DNA of 64,000 bases from a bacterium (GCA_963675755.2 CAXXMD010000002.1:576001-640000); one strand, 5' to 3'; positions 19,455 to 28,491 are shown, counted from the stretch's first letter. The notes: generated by a model not told the origin, from the sequence alone. Numbers and translations are program-made.

Positions 19455-20624
19455 ATGGCGGATAATGAATTCAAGATTGTAGAATTTTCCAATCAAACCA
19501 AAAATGATAGACAATTATTGAAACAGTTTGTTGATTTTCATTGGTCACATTATGAAAATGATCCTCAATATGTACCTTTATTGGATTATGAATATTTGGG
19601 TTTTCGTTTAATTGGCATGACAGGTTTTTTTGAACCCCGCAATTTATTTTTTAAACATGCGGAAATGCGTTTTTTCCTGGCTCAACGAAACGGAGAAACT
19701 GTTGGCCGATGTAACGCTTTTGTGAATCATAGCTATAATGAACATTGGAATGAAAAGACAGGATTTTGGGGACAATTTGAATCAATTGATGATCTTGATG
19801 TTGCACGTGCATTAACAGATGCTGCTGCAAACTGGCTCGCAAAGCAGGGAATGGATACGATGCGAGGACCTCAAAATCTACCCATTAATGAAGCTACTCC
19901 TGGTTTGTTAACTGAGGGCTTTGACACCAGACCTGTGATTTATTATCAATATAATAAACCTTATTATCAAAGTTTAATAGAGCAGCTTGACTTTAAACCC
20001 GCAAAGAAATTTTTATCATGGGAAGCACCAGTAAATCAGGGTGAAAAACCAAAGCTTGAACGCGTTACTGAAAAGATAATGAAACGTTTTGATATTAAAG
20101 TTGAAACCTGGGATCAACGTCCGTTTAAAACCCGTCGTCAAGAGATGTTTGAAATTTATAATGACGCATGGAGTGATAATTATAATTTTGTACCTTTTAC
20201 GCAGGAAGAGTTTTTTTCCATAGTTAGTGATATGATGCTGGTAATGGATAAAAAATTATTTTTATTTATTTATGTAAATGATGAACCCGCAGCATTTTTT
20301 GGTGGCGTGCCTAATATTAATGAAGTTATAAAACCCATTCGCGAAATTAAAAGATGGGAATTGATACGTGCTATCAAGATGTTATTAACCAAACAAAGTG
20401 TTAAAGGATTTAGATTAGGGTATTTGGGAGTAAAAAAGAAATTCAGAAGAATGGGGCTCGATGGTTTGATGTTGTGGAAACAACACGCATATTCCAAACA
20501 AGCTGGCTATGAATATTCTGATTTAGGTTGGGTTTTGGAGGATAATGTAATGGTACATCGATTGATCGATTTAATTATTGCAAAACCTTCAAAAGTTTAT
20601 ACGATTTATGAAAAGCAAATTTGA
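19455..20624 (+). CDS. YghO-like double-GNAT-fold N-acyltransferase
   Basis: GFWGQFE, MRGP, YNKPYY, YNDAWSDNYNFVP, LGVKKKFRRMGLD, GWVLEDN. Confidence 0.75.
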   Translation: MADNEFKIVEFSNQTKNDRQLLKQFVDFHWSHYENDPQYVPLLDYEYLGFRLIGMTGFFEPRNLFFKHAEMRFFLAQRNGETVGRCNAFVNHSYNEHWNEKTGFWGQFESIDDLDVARALTDAAANWLAKQGMDTMRGPQNLPINEATPGLLTEGFDTRPVIYYQYNKPYYQSLIEQLDFKPAKKFLSWEAPVNQGEKPKLERVTEKIMKRFDIKVETWDQRPFKTRRQEMFEIYNDAWSDNYNFVPFTQEEFFSIVSDMMLVMDKKLFLFIYVNDEPAAFFGGVPNINEVIKPIREIKRWELIRAIKMLLTKQSVKGFRLGYLGVKKKFRRMGLDGLMLWKQHAYSKQAGYEYSDLGWVLEDNVMVHRLIDLIIAKPSKVYTIYEKQI

Positions 20625-20644
20625 AAAATAGTATAGGAGTTGAT

Positions 20645-21598
20645 ATGTCTCAAGTGAATCGTCGTGATTTTATTAAAAAAAGTAGTATTGTTGCTGGAAC
20701 TGCAGCAATGGGAGGATTGATTCAAGCTTGTTCCAAATCTGAAAAACCTGTTGCAAGTTGGAATGGTTTTAAACATGCAATGTGTAACGAAAGTATGCAG
20801 GATTTGAGTTGGTCTGAACAGTGTAGTATTGTTGCAAATGCCGGATACCAGGGAATTGAGATTGCTCCATTTACCTTGGTTCAAAATGGAGTAAGCGATA
20901 TTGATGAAAACGGTCGCAAAGAAATGAAAAAAGTGATGAATGATTTGGGATTAGAATGTGCTGGTTTGCATTGGTTATTGGCTCCACCTCCCAAAGGATT
21001 GCATTTTACAACTCCCGATGCTAAACTTCGTGCAAAAACTGTAGATTATTTAAATCAGTTGATTGATTTTTGTGGCGATTTAGGCGGTACAGCTATGATT
21101 TTTGGTTCGCCAAAGCAACGTAACACTCTGGGAATTTCTATAGACGAAGCTAAAAAATATTTTACTGAAAATTTAGCTTCTGTTGCTGATCATGCTCAGG
21201 CACGTGGTGTTAAGATTTTGATTGAACCACTGGATACAAGCCAAACAGATGTTATCAATGTAACTGCAGAAGCTGTTGAAATTATCAACAAAATCAATCA
21301 TCCAGCAATTCAAACCATGTTTGATTTTCATAATACTCCTAATGAAACAGAACCGTTTGATGTAATTGTTGAAAAAAATTATCAATACATAAAACATGTT
21401 CATGTTCAGGAAATGGATGGTAAATATCTGGGTACTGGTGATTCGGTTGATACATTTGTCAAAGCATTCCAGGTACTGAAAAACAAAAATTATGACAAGT
21501 GGGTGTCACTGGAAGTTTTTGATTTTACACCAGGCGGAAAAACTATAGCCGAAAGCTCTATTAAGGTTTTGAAAGAGATAGAATCTAAACTTGTATAA
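20645..21598 (+). CDS. Sugar phosphate isomerase/epimerase (xylose-isomerase-like TIM barrel, D-psicose/tagatose 3-epimerase-like), Tat lipoprotein
   Basis: Tat motif RRDFIK and lipobox LIQAC; metal ligands IEPL, DFH, HVH, SLEVF; AGGAG RBS before ATG 20645. Confidence 0.85.
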   Translation: MSQVNRRDFIKKSSIVAGTAAMGGLIQACSKSEKPVASWNGFKHAMCNESMQDLSWSEQCSIVANAGYQGIEIAPFTLVQNGVSDIDENGRKEMKKVMNDLGLECAGLHWLLAPPPKGLHFTTPDAKLRAKTVDYLNQLIDFCGDLGGTAMIFGSPKQRNTLGISIDEAKKYFTENLASVADHAQARGVKILIEPLDTSQTDVINVTAEAVEIINKINHPAIQTMFDFHNTPNETEPFDVIVEKNYQYIKHVHVQEMDGKYLGTGDSVDTFVKAFQVLKNKNYDKWVSLEVFDFTPGGKTIAESSIKVLKEIESKLV

Positions 21599-21604
21599 GT
21601 TGTA

Positions 21605-21637
21605 ATAAAAGGCGTTGATATCATCAACGCCTTTTAT
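21605..21637 (+). terminator. Rho-independent terminator
   Basis: ATAAAAGGCGTTGAT-atc-ATCAACGCCTTTTAT. Confidence 0.85.
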
Positions 21638-21681
21638 AATTTAAAAAAAATGTTGCATAATTCATAAAAAATGATTTATTC

Positions 21682-21704
21682 ATTCATGTTTTCACTACAT
21701 GAAT
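21682..21704. promoter_or_regulatory. Palindromic operator-like site upstream of the TopIB gene
   Basis: ATTCATGT-N7-ACATGAAT perfect 8-bp inverted repeat, 25 nt before the start codon. Confidence 0.35.
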
Positions 21705-21729
21705 TTATTCGAAAGGAAATAAGCAGGTT

Positions 21730-23478
21730 TTGTTAACTAAACTTATCCATAATGGAATTATCGTTCCGGATCCCCCAAAATATCATGGTGTAACCTTAAA
21801 AGTCAAAGATCAACAAATTAAACTTTCCCCAAAACAGGAAGAAATGGCCTATGCCTGGGCAAAAAAACAAGGTACACCTTATGTAGAAGATCTTGTATTT
21901 GTTAAGAATTTTCTCAAGGATTTTAGCCTTGCCCTTGGTTTTAAAAAAGCCCTTAAACTTGATGAAATAGATTTCACTCCCGTTTATAAGATTGTTGATA
22001 AAGAACGTGCCGCTCGTGAAGCCATGAGCAAGGAAGATAAAAAACTCCTTGCAGCGAAACGCAAAGAGATTCGTGAAGAGTTGAAAGAGAAATATGGTTT
22101 TGCTTCAACTGGCGATGAGAGAATAGAACTTGCGAATTATTTAACAGAACCCAGTGGTATTTTTATGGGTAGGGGTAAACATCCATTACGTGGACGTTGG
22201 AAAGAAGGTGCCTCCCAAAAAGATGTTACCTTGAATCTTAGCCCCGATGCACCTGTGCCTCCCGGAGATTGGAAGGAAATTGTTTGGCAACCTGACTCTT
22301 TATGGGTTGCAAGATGGGATGACAAGTTGTCAGGTAAATTAAAATATATCTGGCTGCACGATACTGCTCCTATCAAGCAGGCACGTGAAGCAAAGAAATT
22401 TGATAAAGCACTCGAATTAAATTCAAGAATTGAAAAAGTTAGAAAATCAATTGAAAAAGATTTGCAAAGTGAAGAGTTCAAAATCCGCAAAGTTGCTACC
22501 GCATGTTTTTTGATTGACGCGTTATGTCTTCGTGTTGGTGATGAAAAGGATCCTGAAGAAGCGGATACCGTTGGTGCAACCACATTACGTCCCGAACATA
22601 TAAAATTTCTCAAAGATGGCCGTGTAGAATTTAGATTCTTGGGAAAGGACTCTGTACTTTGGGATAAAAAGATAGAACTACCGGATTTTGTTAAAGATAA
22701 TTTAACAGAGTTGTCTGAAAAAGCAAGGCCCTCAACCAACAGCTTTGGTAAAGTAAAACATGAAGCTTATAATAAACCACAATTATTTCCTGACATTACC
22801 AGCCGTAATGTTAATGCGTATTTATCGCATCATATGAAAGGTTTAACTGCCAAGGTTTTTCGTACTCACCATGCTACCAATGTTGTAAAAACTTCATTAG
22901 AAAATTCCAATGTAGTTAAAACTGATCCTGAATATGTTAAATGGGAAGCAACTGTAAACGCAAACCTTGAAGCTGCAATTTTATGTAATCATACAAAGCA
23001 GCCACCCAAAAATTGGGCAGAGCGTAAAGTAAAATTTAGAGAACGCGAAAAAAGTGCCAAGGAAAGAATTGAAAATATAAAAACTTTGCTCAAAACGCTC
23101 AAGCAAGAAGTTAAAGATCTTAAAGTAGAATATAAAGAAAAGAAAGAGGCTGCACCTAATAAAGCCCAACGAAAAAAGATAAAAGAACGATACGATAAAA
23201 AAATTCAGGCTAAAAAGAGTAGACTGGAAGCTACCATTCAACGTGAAGAAAAAGCACAAATTGCATTAGGTAAATTACGTGCACAAAAAGCTATTGCTTC
23301 TCAAAACAGAACCTGGAACTTGGGTACAAGCCAAAAATCATATATTGATCCTAGAGTATTTCACGAATGGGGAAAATCAGTTAATTACGATGTTATAGAT
23401 AAATACTATTCAGCAACACTTAAACGCAAGTTTATGTGGGTCAAAGAGCAGGATAATGATGAAAATGAAACTGCTTGA
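21730..23478 (+). CDS. DNA topoisomerase IB, large eukaryotic/archaeal type
   Basis: N-terminal HNG and EEMA, GRGKHPLRG; catalytic residues LRVG (R268), GKDS (K306), KVFRT (R378), ILCNH (H421) and SYIDPR (Y538); coiled-coil linker before the catalytic Tyr. Confidence 0.93.
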   Translation: MLTKLIHNGIIVPDPPKYHGVTLKVKDQQIKLSPKQEEMAYAWAKKQGTPYVEDLVFVKNFLKDFSLALGFKKALKLDEIDFTPVYKIVDKERAAREAMSKEDKKLLAAKRKEIREELKEKYGFASTGDERIELANYLTEPSGIFMGRGKHPLRGRWKEGASQKDVTLNLSPDAPVPPGDWKEIVWQPDSLWVARWDDKLSGKLKYIWLHDTAPIKQAREAKKFDKALELNSRIEKVRKSIEKDLQSEEFKIRKVATACFLIDALCLRVGDEKDPEEADTVGATTLRPEHIKFLKDGRVEFRFLGKDSVLWDKKIELPDFVKDNLTELSEKARPSTNSFGKVKHEAYNKPQLFPDITSRNVNAYLSHHMKGLTAKVFRTHHATNVVKTSLENSNVVKTDPEYVKWEATVNANLEAAILCNHTKQPPKNWAERKVKFREREKSAKERIENIKTLLKTLKQEVKDLKVEYKEKKEAAPNKAQRKKIKERYDKKIQAKKSRLEATIQREEKAQIALGKLRAQKAIASQNRTWNLGTSQKSYIDPRVFHEWGKSVNYDVIDKYYSATLKRKFMWVKEQDNDENETA

Positions 23479-23574
23479 TTAATTAATAATTTTATTGTAA
23501 TTTTTTACATCTTTAAATTTATCCATGTAAACTTTTGGAGCAATTAAGATTCATCATTTTAACTTAACCTATGG

Positions 23575-24291
23575 ATGGAATCCATGCCTGATGAAAGAGT
23601 TTTACGTTTATTAAAATTTGTTCCTCTTTTTTCCAAATTGAGTGAAGCAGAATTAATACAAATTTCAGATCAATGTGTAAAAAAAGAGTGTCAAAAAGAC
23701 CAGGTTCTATTTGTTGAAGAAGAATCCGGTCAGACATTATTTATTATTCTCAAAGGAACAGTAAAGATTACCCGTACAAGTGATGAAGGCAAAGAGGTAA
23801 TTTTAACAATTTTAAAATCAGGCGATTTTTTTGGTGAATTGTCTTTACTTGACGGTAAAGGTCGTTCAGCCACCGTAATTGCAATGGCAGAGACGGAACT
23901 CTTGTTGCTTCGAAGAAGCGAATTTTTATTAATTATTGAAAAATTTCCCCACATTGCTTCTGAATTGCTCAAAGTGCTTGCTGACAGAATAAGAAAATGT
24001 GATGTTCAGATTGAAAATCTCACACTTCAAGATGCTGTAGGTAGAGTAGGGGCTACATTAATTCACGTAGCAGAACAGACAGGCTACAAGCGTGGTAAAA
24101 GTATGGTAATTCCTAAACTACCTGTTCAGCAAGACCTGGCAAATATGGCAGGCACTGCTCGGGAAACCATTTCAAGAGTTATGGCTCTTTTCGAACAAGA
24201 AGAACTGTTTGTGAGAGAAGGAGGCCACCGTGTAGTTTTTCCGGATTTTGAAAGGTTTAAATCCGATTATTGGTCTGCAAGTAAAGATTGA
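23575..24291 (+). CDS. Crp/Fnr family transcriptional regulator (cNMP-binding)
   Basis: FFGELSLLDGKGRSAT cNMP pocket; HTH QDLANMAGTARETISR. Confidence 0.92.
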   Translation: MESMPDERVLRLLKFVPLFSKLSEAELIQISDQCVKKECQKDQVLFVEEESGQTLFIILKGTVKITRTSDEGKEVILTILKSGDFFGELSLLDGKGRSATVIAMAETELLLLRRSEFLLIIEKFPHIASELLKVLADRIRKCDVQIENLTLQDAVGRVGATLIHVAEQTGYKRGKSMVIPKLPVQQDLANMAGTARETISRVMALFEQEELFVREGGHRVVFPDFERFKSDYWSASKD

Positions 24292-24300
24292 TTATTTGTA

Positions 24301-24810
24301 ATGCAAAATTTAGAAATTAAAGCAAAATTCTCTGATCTTAAATATGCTGAACAAATAGCAATACAAATACATGCTGTCAAAAAGTGGACAAGAAAACAAA
24401 AAGATATTTATTTTATTACACCTAAAGATAAATTAAAGCTCAGAATAGTTGATGATGCTGTATGTGATTTGATTTATTATAACAGACCTGAAAATAAAAA
24501 AGCAGAAATTAGTAATTATAAAATATATAAAACACAAAAACCACAAGAGCTGCTTGAAATCCTGACTGATATTTTTTCAATTGATATTATTGTCGAAAAA
24601 ACAAGAACATTATATCTTTATGAAAATGTTCGTATCCATCTTGATTCTGTTAATCAACTTGGTTCTTTTATTGAATTTGAAGCTGTTTTAGATGATAAAA
24701 ATGATTTAAATGTTTCTGTTGATCATTTGGATTTTTTAAGTAAAAAATTTAACATTAGTGATAATCAATTAGTAGATACTGGTTATTTTGAATTATTAAA
24801 AAACAAATAA
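24301..24810 (+). CDS. CYTH domain protein / class IV adenylate cyclase (CyaB-like)
   Basis: NLEIKAK, QKDIYF, LKLR, VEKTR, IHLD, GSFIEFE. Confidence 0.85.
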   Translation: MQNLEIKAKFSDLKYAEQIAIQIHAVKKWTRKQKDIYFITPKDKLKLRIVDDAVCDLIYYNRPENKKAEISNYKIYKTQKPQELLEILTDIFSIDIIVEKTRTLYLYENVRIHLDSVNQLGSFIEFEAVLDDKNDLNVSVDHLDFLSKKFNISDNQLVDTGYFELLKNK

Positions 24811-24825
24811 TATTTTGGAGCGAGT

Positions 24826-25773
24826 GTGTACGGTAATTTAAAGGTATTTTCTGGTAACAGTAATCCTCAATTAGCAAAAGATATTTGTGAAAATATCGGA
24901 ATTGAACTTGGTAAAATCAGAATTCACAAATTCAGTAATGAAAATATTAAAGTGAAAATTGAAGAAAACGTTAGGAATGATGACGTATATGTATTGCAGA
25001 GTGCATCAAAGCCTTTAAACGAACACTTTATGGAATTGTTGATCATTCTTGATGCATTAAAATATGCTTCTGCCAGAAGAATCACAGTTGTAACTCCATA
25101 TTATTTTTATGCACGCTCTGATAAAAAGGATGAGCCCAGAATTTCAATTACTGCCAGATTGGTTGCAGAGTTACTTAAAGCAGCTGGTGCTGATAGAATT
25201 ATTACAATGGAATTGCATGCACCTCAAATTATGGGTTTTTCACGTATACCAATGGATCAGCTTTTGCCAACCCAAATTTTACTGAATCATTACCGTCAAA
25301 AAGATCTTTCAAATGCTGTAATTGCTGCTACTGATGTGGGTGGTGCTAAAGCTGCCAGAAAATTTGCCAGACAACTTGGTCTGCCAATGGTAGTAATGGA
25401 TAAAGAGAGGATAGGGGATAAAGAAAAAGTAATCATTAATAATATTATTGGTGATGCACAAAACAAGGATGTTTTGATTATTGATGATGAGATCCTGTCT
25501 GGTGGTTCAGTGCTCGAAGCAGTCAAGTTTTTAAAAGAACATGGAGCGAACCGTATTTGGGCTGGTTGTACTCACGGTTTTATGACATCAGAAGTTTTAG
25601 ATAAATTTCAGGAATCAGAGGTTGAAGAGTTGGTAACGACCAATACTGTACCCCAACTGCTTTCTGAAAAACATACAAAAGTTAAAGTATTATCTGTTGC
25701 AGAATTATTTGCAAAGGCAATCACTGCAATACATGTTGGAGATTCTGTTGGTGCGTTGTTTAGTGACTCGTGA
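24826..25773 (+). CDS. prs: Ribose-phosphate pyrophosphokinase
   Basis: FSGNSNPQLA, YARSDKK, LHAPQI, DVGG, IIDDEILSGGS. Confidence 0.95.
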   Translation: MYGNLKVFSGNSNPQLAKDICENIGIELGKIRIHKFSNENIKVKIEENVRNDDVYVLQSASKPLNEHFMELLIILDALKYASARRITVVTPYYFYARSDKKDEPRISITARLVAELLKAAGADRIITMELHAPQIMGFSRIPMDQLLPTQILLNHYRQKDLSNAVIAATDVGGAKAARKFARQLGLPMVVMDKERIGDKEKVIINNIIGDAQNKDVLIIDDEILSGGSVLEAVKFLKEHGANRIWAGCTHGFMTSEVLDKFQESEVEELVTTNTVPQLLSEKHTKVKVLSVAELFAKAITAIHVGDSVGALFSDS

Positions 25774-26411
25774 GAATGTTAATGAATAATAACTATGATA
25801 TTGTATTTTTTGACCTGGGAAATGTACTTGTTAATGTAAATATTGAAATGTTTTTTGCAAACCTTGCAATAATAACCGGTAGTTGCATGATGGATGTGTA
25901 TTCTGTAGCAGATTCACATGCCGATACTATAGAGCAATTTAACAAGGGCTTAATCTCTGCTGACCAATTTTATGAAAAAGTAACATCAAGTTATAATAAC
26001 ATTACTTTTGAACAATTCTCTGATGCATATACTGATATATTTACATTAAATGCACCCATTGTTCCTTTGGTTAATTTATTGCAAAAGTCTGAAAAATTGT
26101 CTATTATAAGCAATACAGATATATTGCATTTTGAATATATCAAAAAGAAATTCAACTTAATCAATGATTTTGAAAATCCAGTTACTTCATACGAGGTTCA
26201 TTCTTTAAAACCAGAGCCTGAAATTTATTTAAATGCAATGAACCAATTTAAAGTACAACCCAATCATTGTATTTTTATTGACGACAAGAAAGAAAATATA
26301 ACTGCTGCCAATGATCTGGGTATGACAGGAATACATTTTACCAATGTAAACAGACTTGTTGACACATTAATTAATTTAGGATTTACAAACTTGAAAACCC
26401 TGGAGGTTTAA
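25770..26411 (+). CDS. HAD family phosphatase (YihX-like)
   Basis: FFDLGNVL, SNT, KPEPEIY, FIDD. An alternative start is ATG 25782. Confidence 0.9.
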   Translation: MRMLMNNNYDIVFFDLGNVLVNVNIEMFFANLAIITGSCMMDVYSVADSHADTIEQFNKGLISADQFYEKVTSSYNNITFEQFSDAYTDIFTLNAPIVPLVNLLQKSEKLSIISNTDILHFEYIKKKFNLINDFENPVTSYEVHSLKPEPEIYLNAMNQFKVQPNHCIFIDDKKENITAANDLGMTGIHFTNVNRLVDTLINLGFTNLKTLEV

Positions 26412-27638
26412 ATGTCAGTATTGGCAATAAATGGTGGAACACCTGTAAGAACAGATTCATTTCCTGTTTGGCCGGTTTGGGGTGAAGAAGAAATTAATAA
26501 TGTTACCAATGTTATAAAAAGCGGAAAATGGGGTTGTTTAAATGGAACAATCACATCTGAATTTGAAAAAAAATATGCATCCTATATGAATGCCAAACAT
26601 GGAATTTGTGTAAACAGTGGGACTACTGCTTTACAAATAGCACTCAAAGCTGCTGATGTTGATGCAGGATCAGAAGTTATGGTCCCAGCTTATACTTTTA
26701 TTGCAACTGCAACTGCAGTTGTAGAGATGGGTTGTATTCCCATATTTGTTGATATTGATCCTGAAACTTATAATATTGATGTTGATAAAGCTGAACAAGC
26801 TATTACTGATAAAACCGCAGCTATAATGCCCGTCCATTTTGCAGGCTGTCCTGCAGATATGGATAAAGTTATGGCGCTTGCCCAGAAACATAACTTGAAA
26901 GTAATTGAGGATGCAGCACAGGCATGGGGCTCCGAATGGAAAGGTCAACGTGTAGGTGCATTAGGAGATGCAGGTTGTTTCAGTTTCCAATCCTCAAAAA
27001 ATATTAATTCCGGTGAAGGTGGAATAATATTAACTAACGATGATGAAGTTGCTAAAATGGCAAGATCGCATATCAATTGTGGTAGAAGTGAAGATGGTCT
27101 TTGGTATGAGCATTTTTATTTCGGTGGTAATTACCGAATTACCGATCTCCAGTCTGCTGTATTGATGGCACAATTCGAGCGATATGATGAACTCATGGCA
27201 ATTCGTAAAGAAAATTTTCAATATCTCTCAGATGCATTAAAGGATATTGAAGGTATTGAACCTTTAACAATTGATGAACGGGTTACATCAAATTCTTGTC
27301 ATTTGTTTATTTTTAAATATAAAAAAGAGCATTTTAATAACGTATCCAAATCATCTTTTATTGATGCTTTACGTAAAGAAGGAATCTATACAAGCCCTGG
27401 TTATTCATTGCCTTTGTATAAACAACCTGTATTTATGAATAAAGCATTTGGGCCCAGAGGAAAATCAATTGATTTACCAGTTGATTACAACTCTTTTTCA
27501 TGTCCTGAAACAGAAAAAGCCTGTTATGAGGAAGCTATTTGGTTCACTCAAAATATGTTTTTAGGTGATCAAAATGATATGGATGATATTGTTGATGCAA
27601 TATTAAAAATTTCTGAGAATAAATCTGAACTGAGTTGA
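26412..27638 (+). CDS. DegT/DnrJ/EryC1/StrS PLP aminotransferase
   Basis: LAINGGTPVR, NSGTTAL, EDAAQA, FSFQSSK (PLP Lys), GEGG, GNYR. Confidence 0.93.
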   Translation: MSVLAINGGTPVRTDSFPVWPVWGEEEINNVTNVIKSGKWGCLNGTITSEFEKKYASYMNAKHGICVNSGTTALQIALKAADVDAGSEVMVPAYTFIATATAVVEMGCIPIFVDIDPETYNIDVDKAEQAITDKTAAIMPVHFAGCPADMDKVMALAQKHNLKVIEDAAQAWGSEWKGQRVGALGDAGCFSFQSSKNINSGEGGIILTNDDEVAKMARSHINCGRSEDGLWYEHFYFGGNYRITDLQSAVLMAQFERYDELMAIRKENFQYLSDALKDIEGIEPLTIDERVTSNSCHLFIFKYKKEHFNNVSKSSFIDALRKEGIYTSPGYSLPLYKQPVFMNKAFGPRGKSIDLPVDYNSFSCPETEKACYEEAIWFTQNMFLGDQNDMDDIVDAILKISENKSELS

Positions 27639-27648
27639 GGGGGTATTT

Positions 27649-27954
27649 TTGTTATCGGTTTGCAGGATGTGTGGGCGGCGATCTTTGCGGCCAAAAGACC
27701 TGTTAAGAAATCCGTTTAATGTTACATTCATCTGTACGTATTGTGGAGCAGAATATAAAGTAACAAAAAACTTTATTCACTTTATAATTGTTTTTTTGAT
27801 ATGGATTCTAACATTTGTTGCATTTTTTTTATTAACAGTATTTAATTTTGATGGAATATTAAAGCTGATTTTGAGTTTTATAATATTAATCATTTCATTT
27901 ACCATTTCTGTAATGATTGGGAATTTGGATAAAATTAGTCGTTTACGAAAATAA
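27649..27954 (+). CDS. Small zinc-ribbon membrane protein (CxxC-x20-CxxC plus two TM helices)
   Basis: CRMC...CTYC followed by two hydrophobic helices; TTG start after GAGGGG. Confidence 0.6.
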   Translation: MLSVCRMCGRRSLRPKDLLRNPFNVTFICTYCGAEYKVTKNFIHFIIVFLIWILTFVAFFLLTVFNFDGILKLILSFIILIISFTISVMIGNLDKISRLRK

Positions 27955-27962
27955 GTGAGAAT

Positions 27963-28328
27963 ATGTTCAAACTAACTGTTCATTCTACTTTTTCAGCAGC
28001 TCATCGTCTTGTTGATTATTCAGGTGCTTGCCAGAGAATCCATGGTCATAATTGGAAAGTACGGGCAACAATTGAATCTGATCGATTAAATGACCTGGGA
28101 ATGGTAATGGATCTATATGAACTCGAAACTATATTAAATACTACTTTGAAAAAGTTTGATCATTATATTATTAATGATATTGAACCATTTACAGAGATAA
28201 ATCCAACTTCTGAAAACCTTGCTAAATATATATACTATGATATAAAGAAACAATTATCAGAACCTATAAAAATGGTACAGGTTGAACTTTTAGAAACGGA
28301 TGATTTCTCTGTAACTTTTGCCGAATAA
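27963..28328 (+). CDS. queD: 6-carboxy-5,6,7,8-tetrahydropterin synthase
   Basis: FSAAHRL, CQRIHGHNW, DH, NPTSENLA, ET. Confidence 0.93.
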   Translation: MFKLTVHSTFSAAHRLVDYSGACQRIHGHNWKVRATIESDRLNDLGMVMDLYELETILNTTLKKFDHYIINDIEPFTEINPTSENLAKYIYYDIKKQLSEPIKMVQVELLETDDFSVTFAE

Positions 28329-28349
28329 CCAAAAAAGAATAAATATTTC

Positions 28350-28377
28350 TTGACTATTGTTGTTTAAATGATATATT
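28350..28377 (+). promoter_or_regulatory. Sigma70-type promoter of the aro operon
   Basis: TTGACT-N16-TATATT with extended -10 TG (TGnTATATT). Confidence 0.55.
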
Positions 28378-28422
28378 TAAATACTCTATAGCGGAAGAAT
28401 ATAAATTGAGAAAAACCTGAAT

Positions 28423-28491
28423 ATGCGATTTTATTTTGAAAATTATTATTATTTTTTTATCGCCTTTGTAGCGGGAGGGATTAGCGTGTAA
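28423..28491 (+). CDS. Phe/Tyr-rich attenuator leader peptide MRFYFENYYYFFIAFVAGGISV
   Basis: 22-codon ORF with 5 Phe and 4 Tyr codons, including a YYYFF run, directly upstream of a terminator and the chorismate mutase/aro operon. Confidence 0.88.
   Translation: MRFYFENYYYFFIAFVAGGISV

Noticed and set aside
22137-22739. 200-aa antisense ORF inside the TopIB gene
   Set aside because: Ser-rich shadow frame of a well-supported gene with no motif.
21600-23570. Mobile element or prophage carrying the TopIB gene
   Set aside because: No integrase, transposase, terminal repeats or evident compositional break around the gene.
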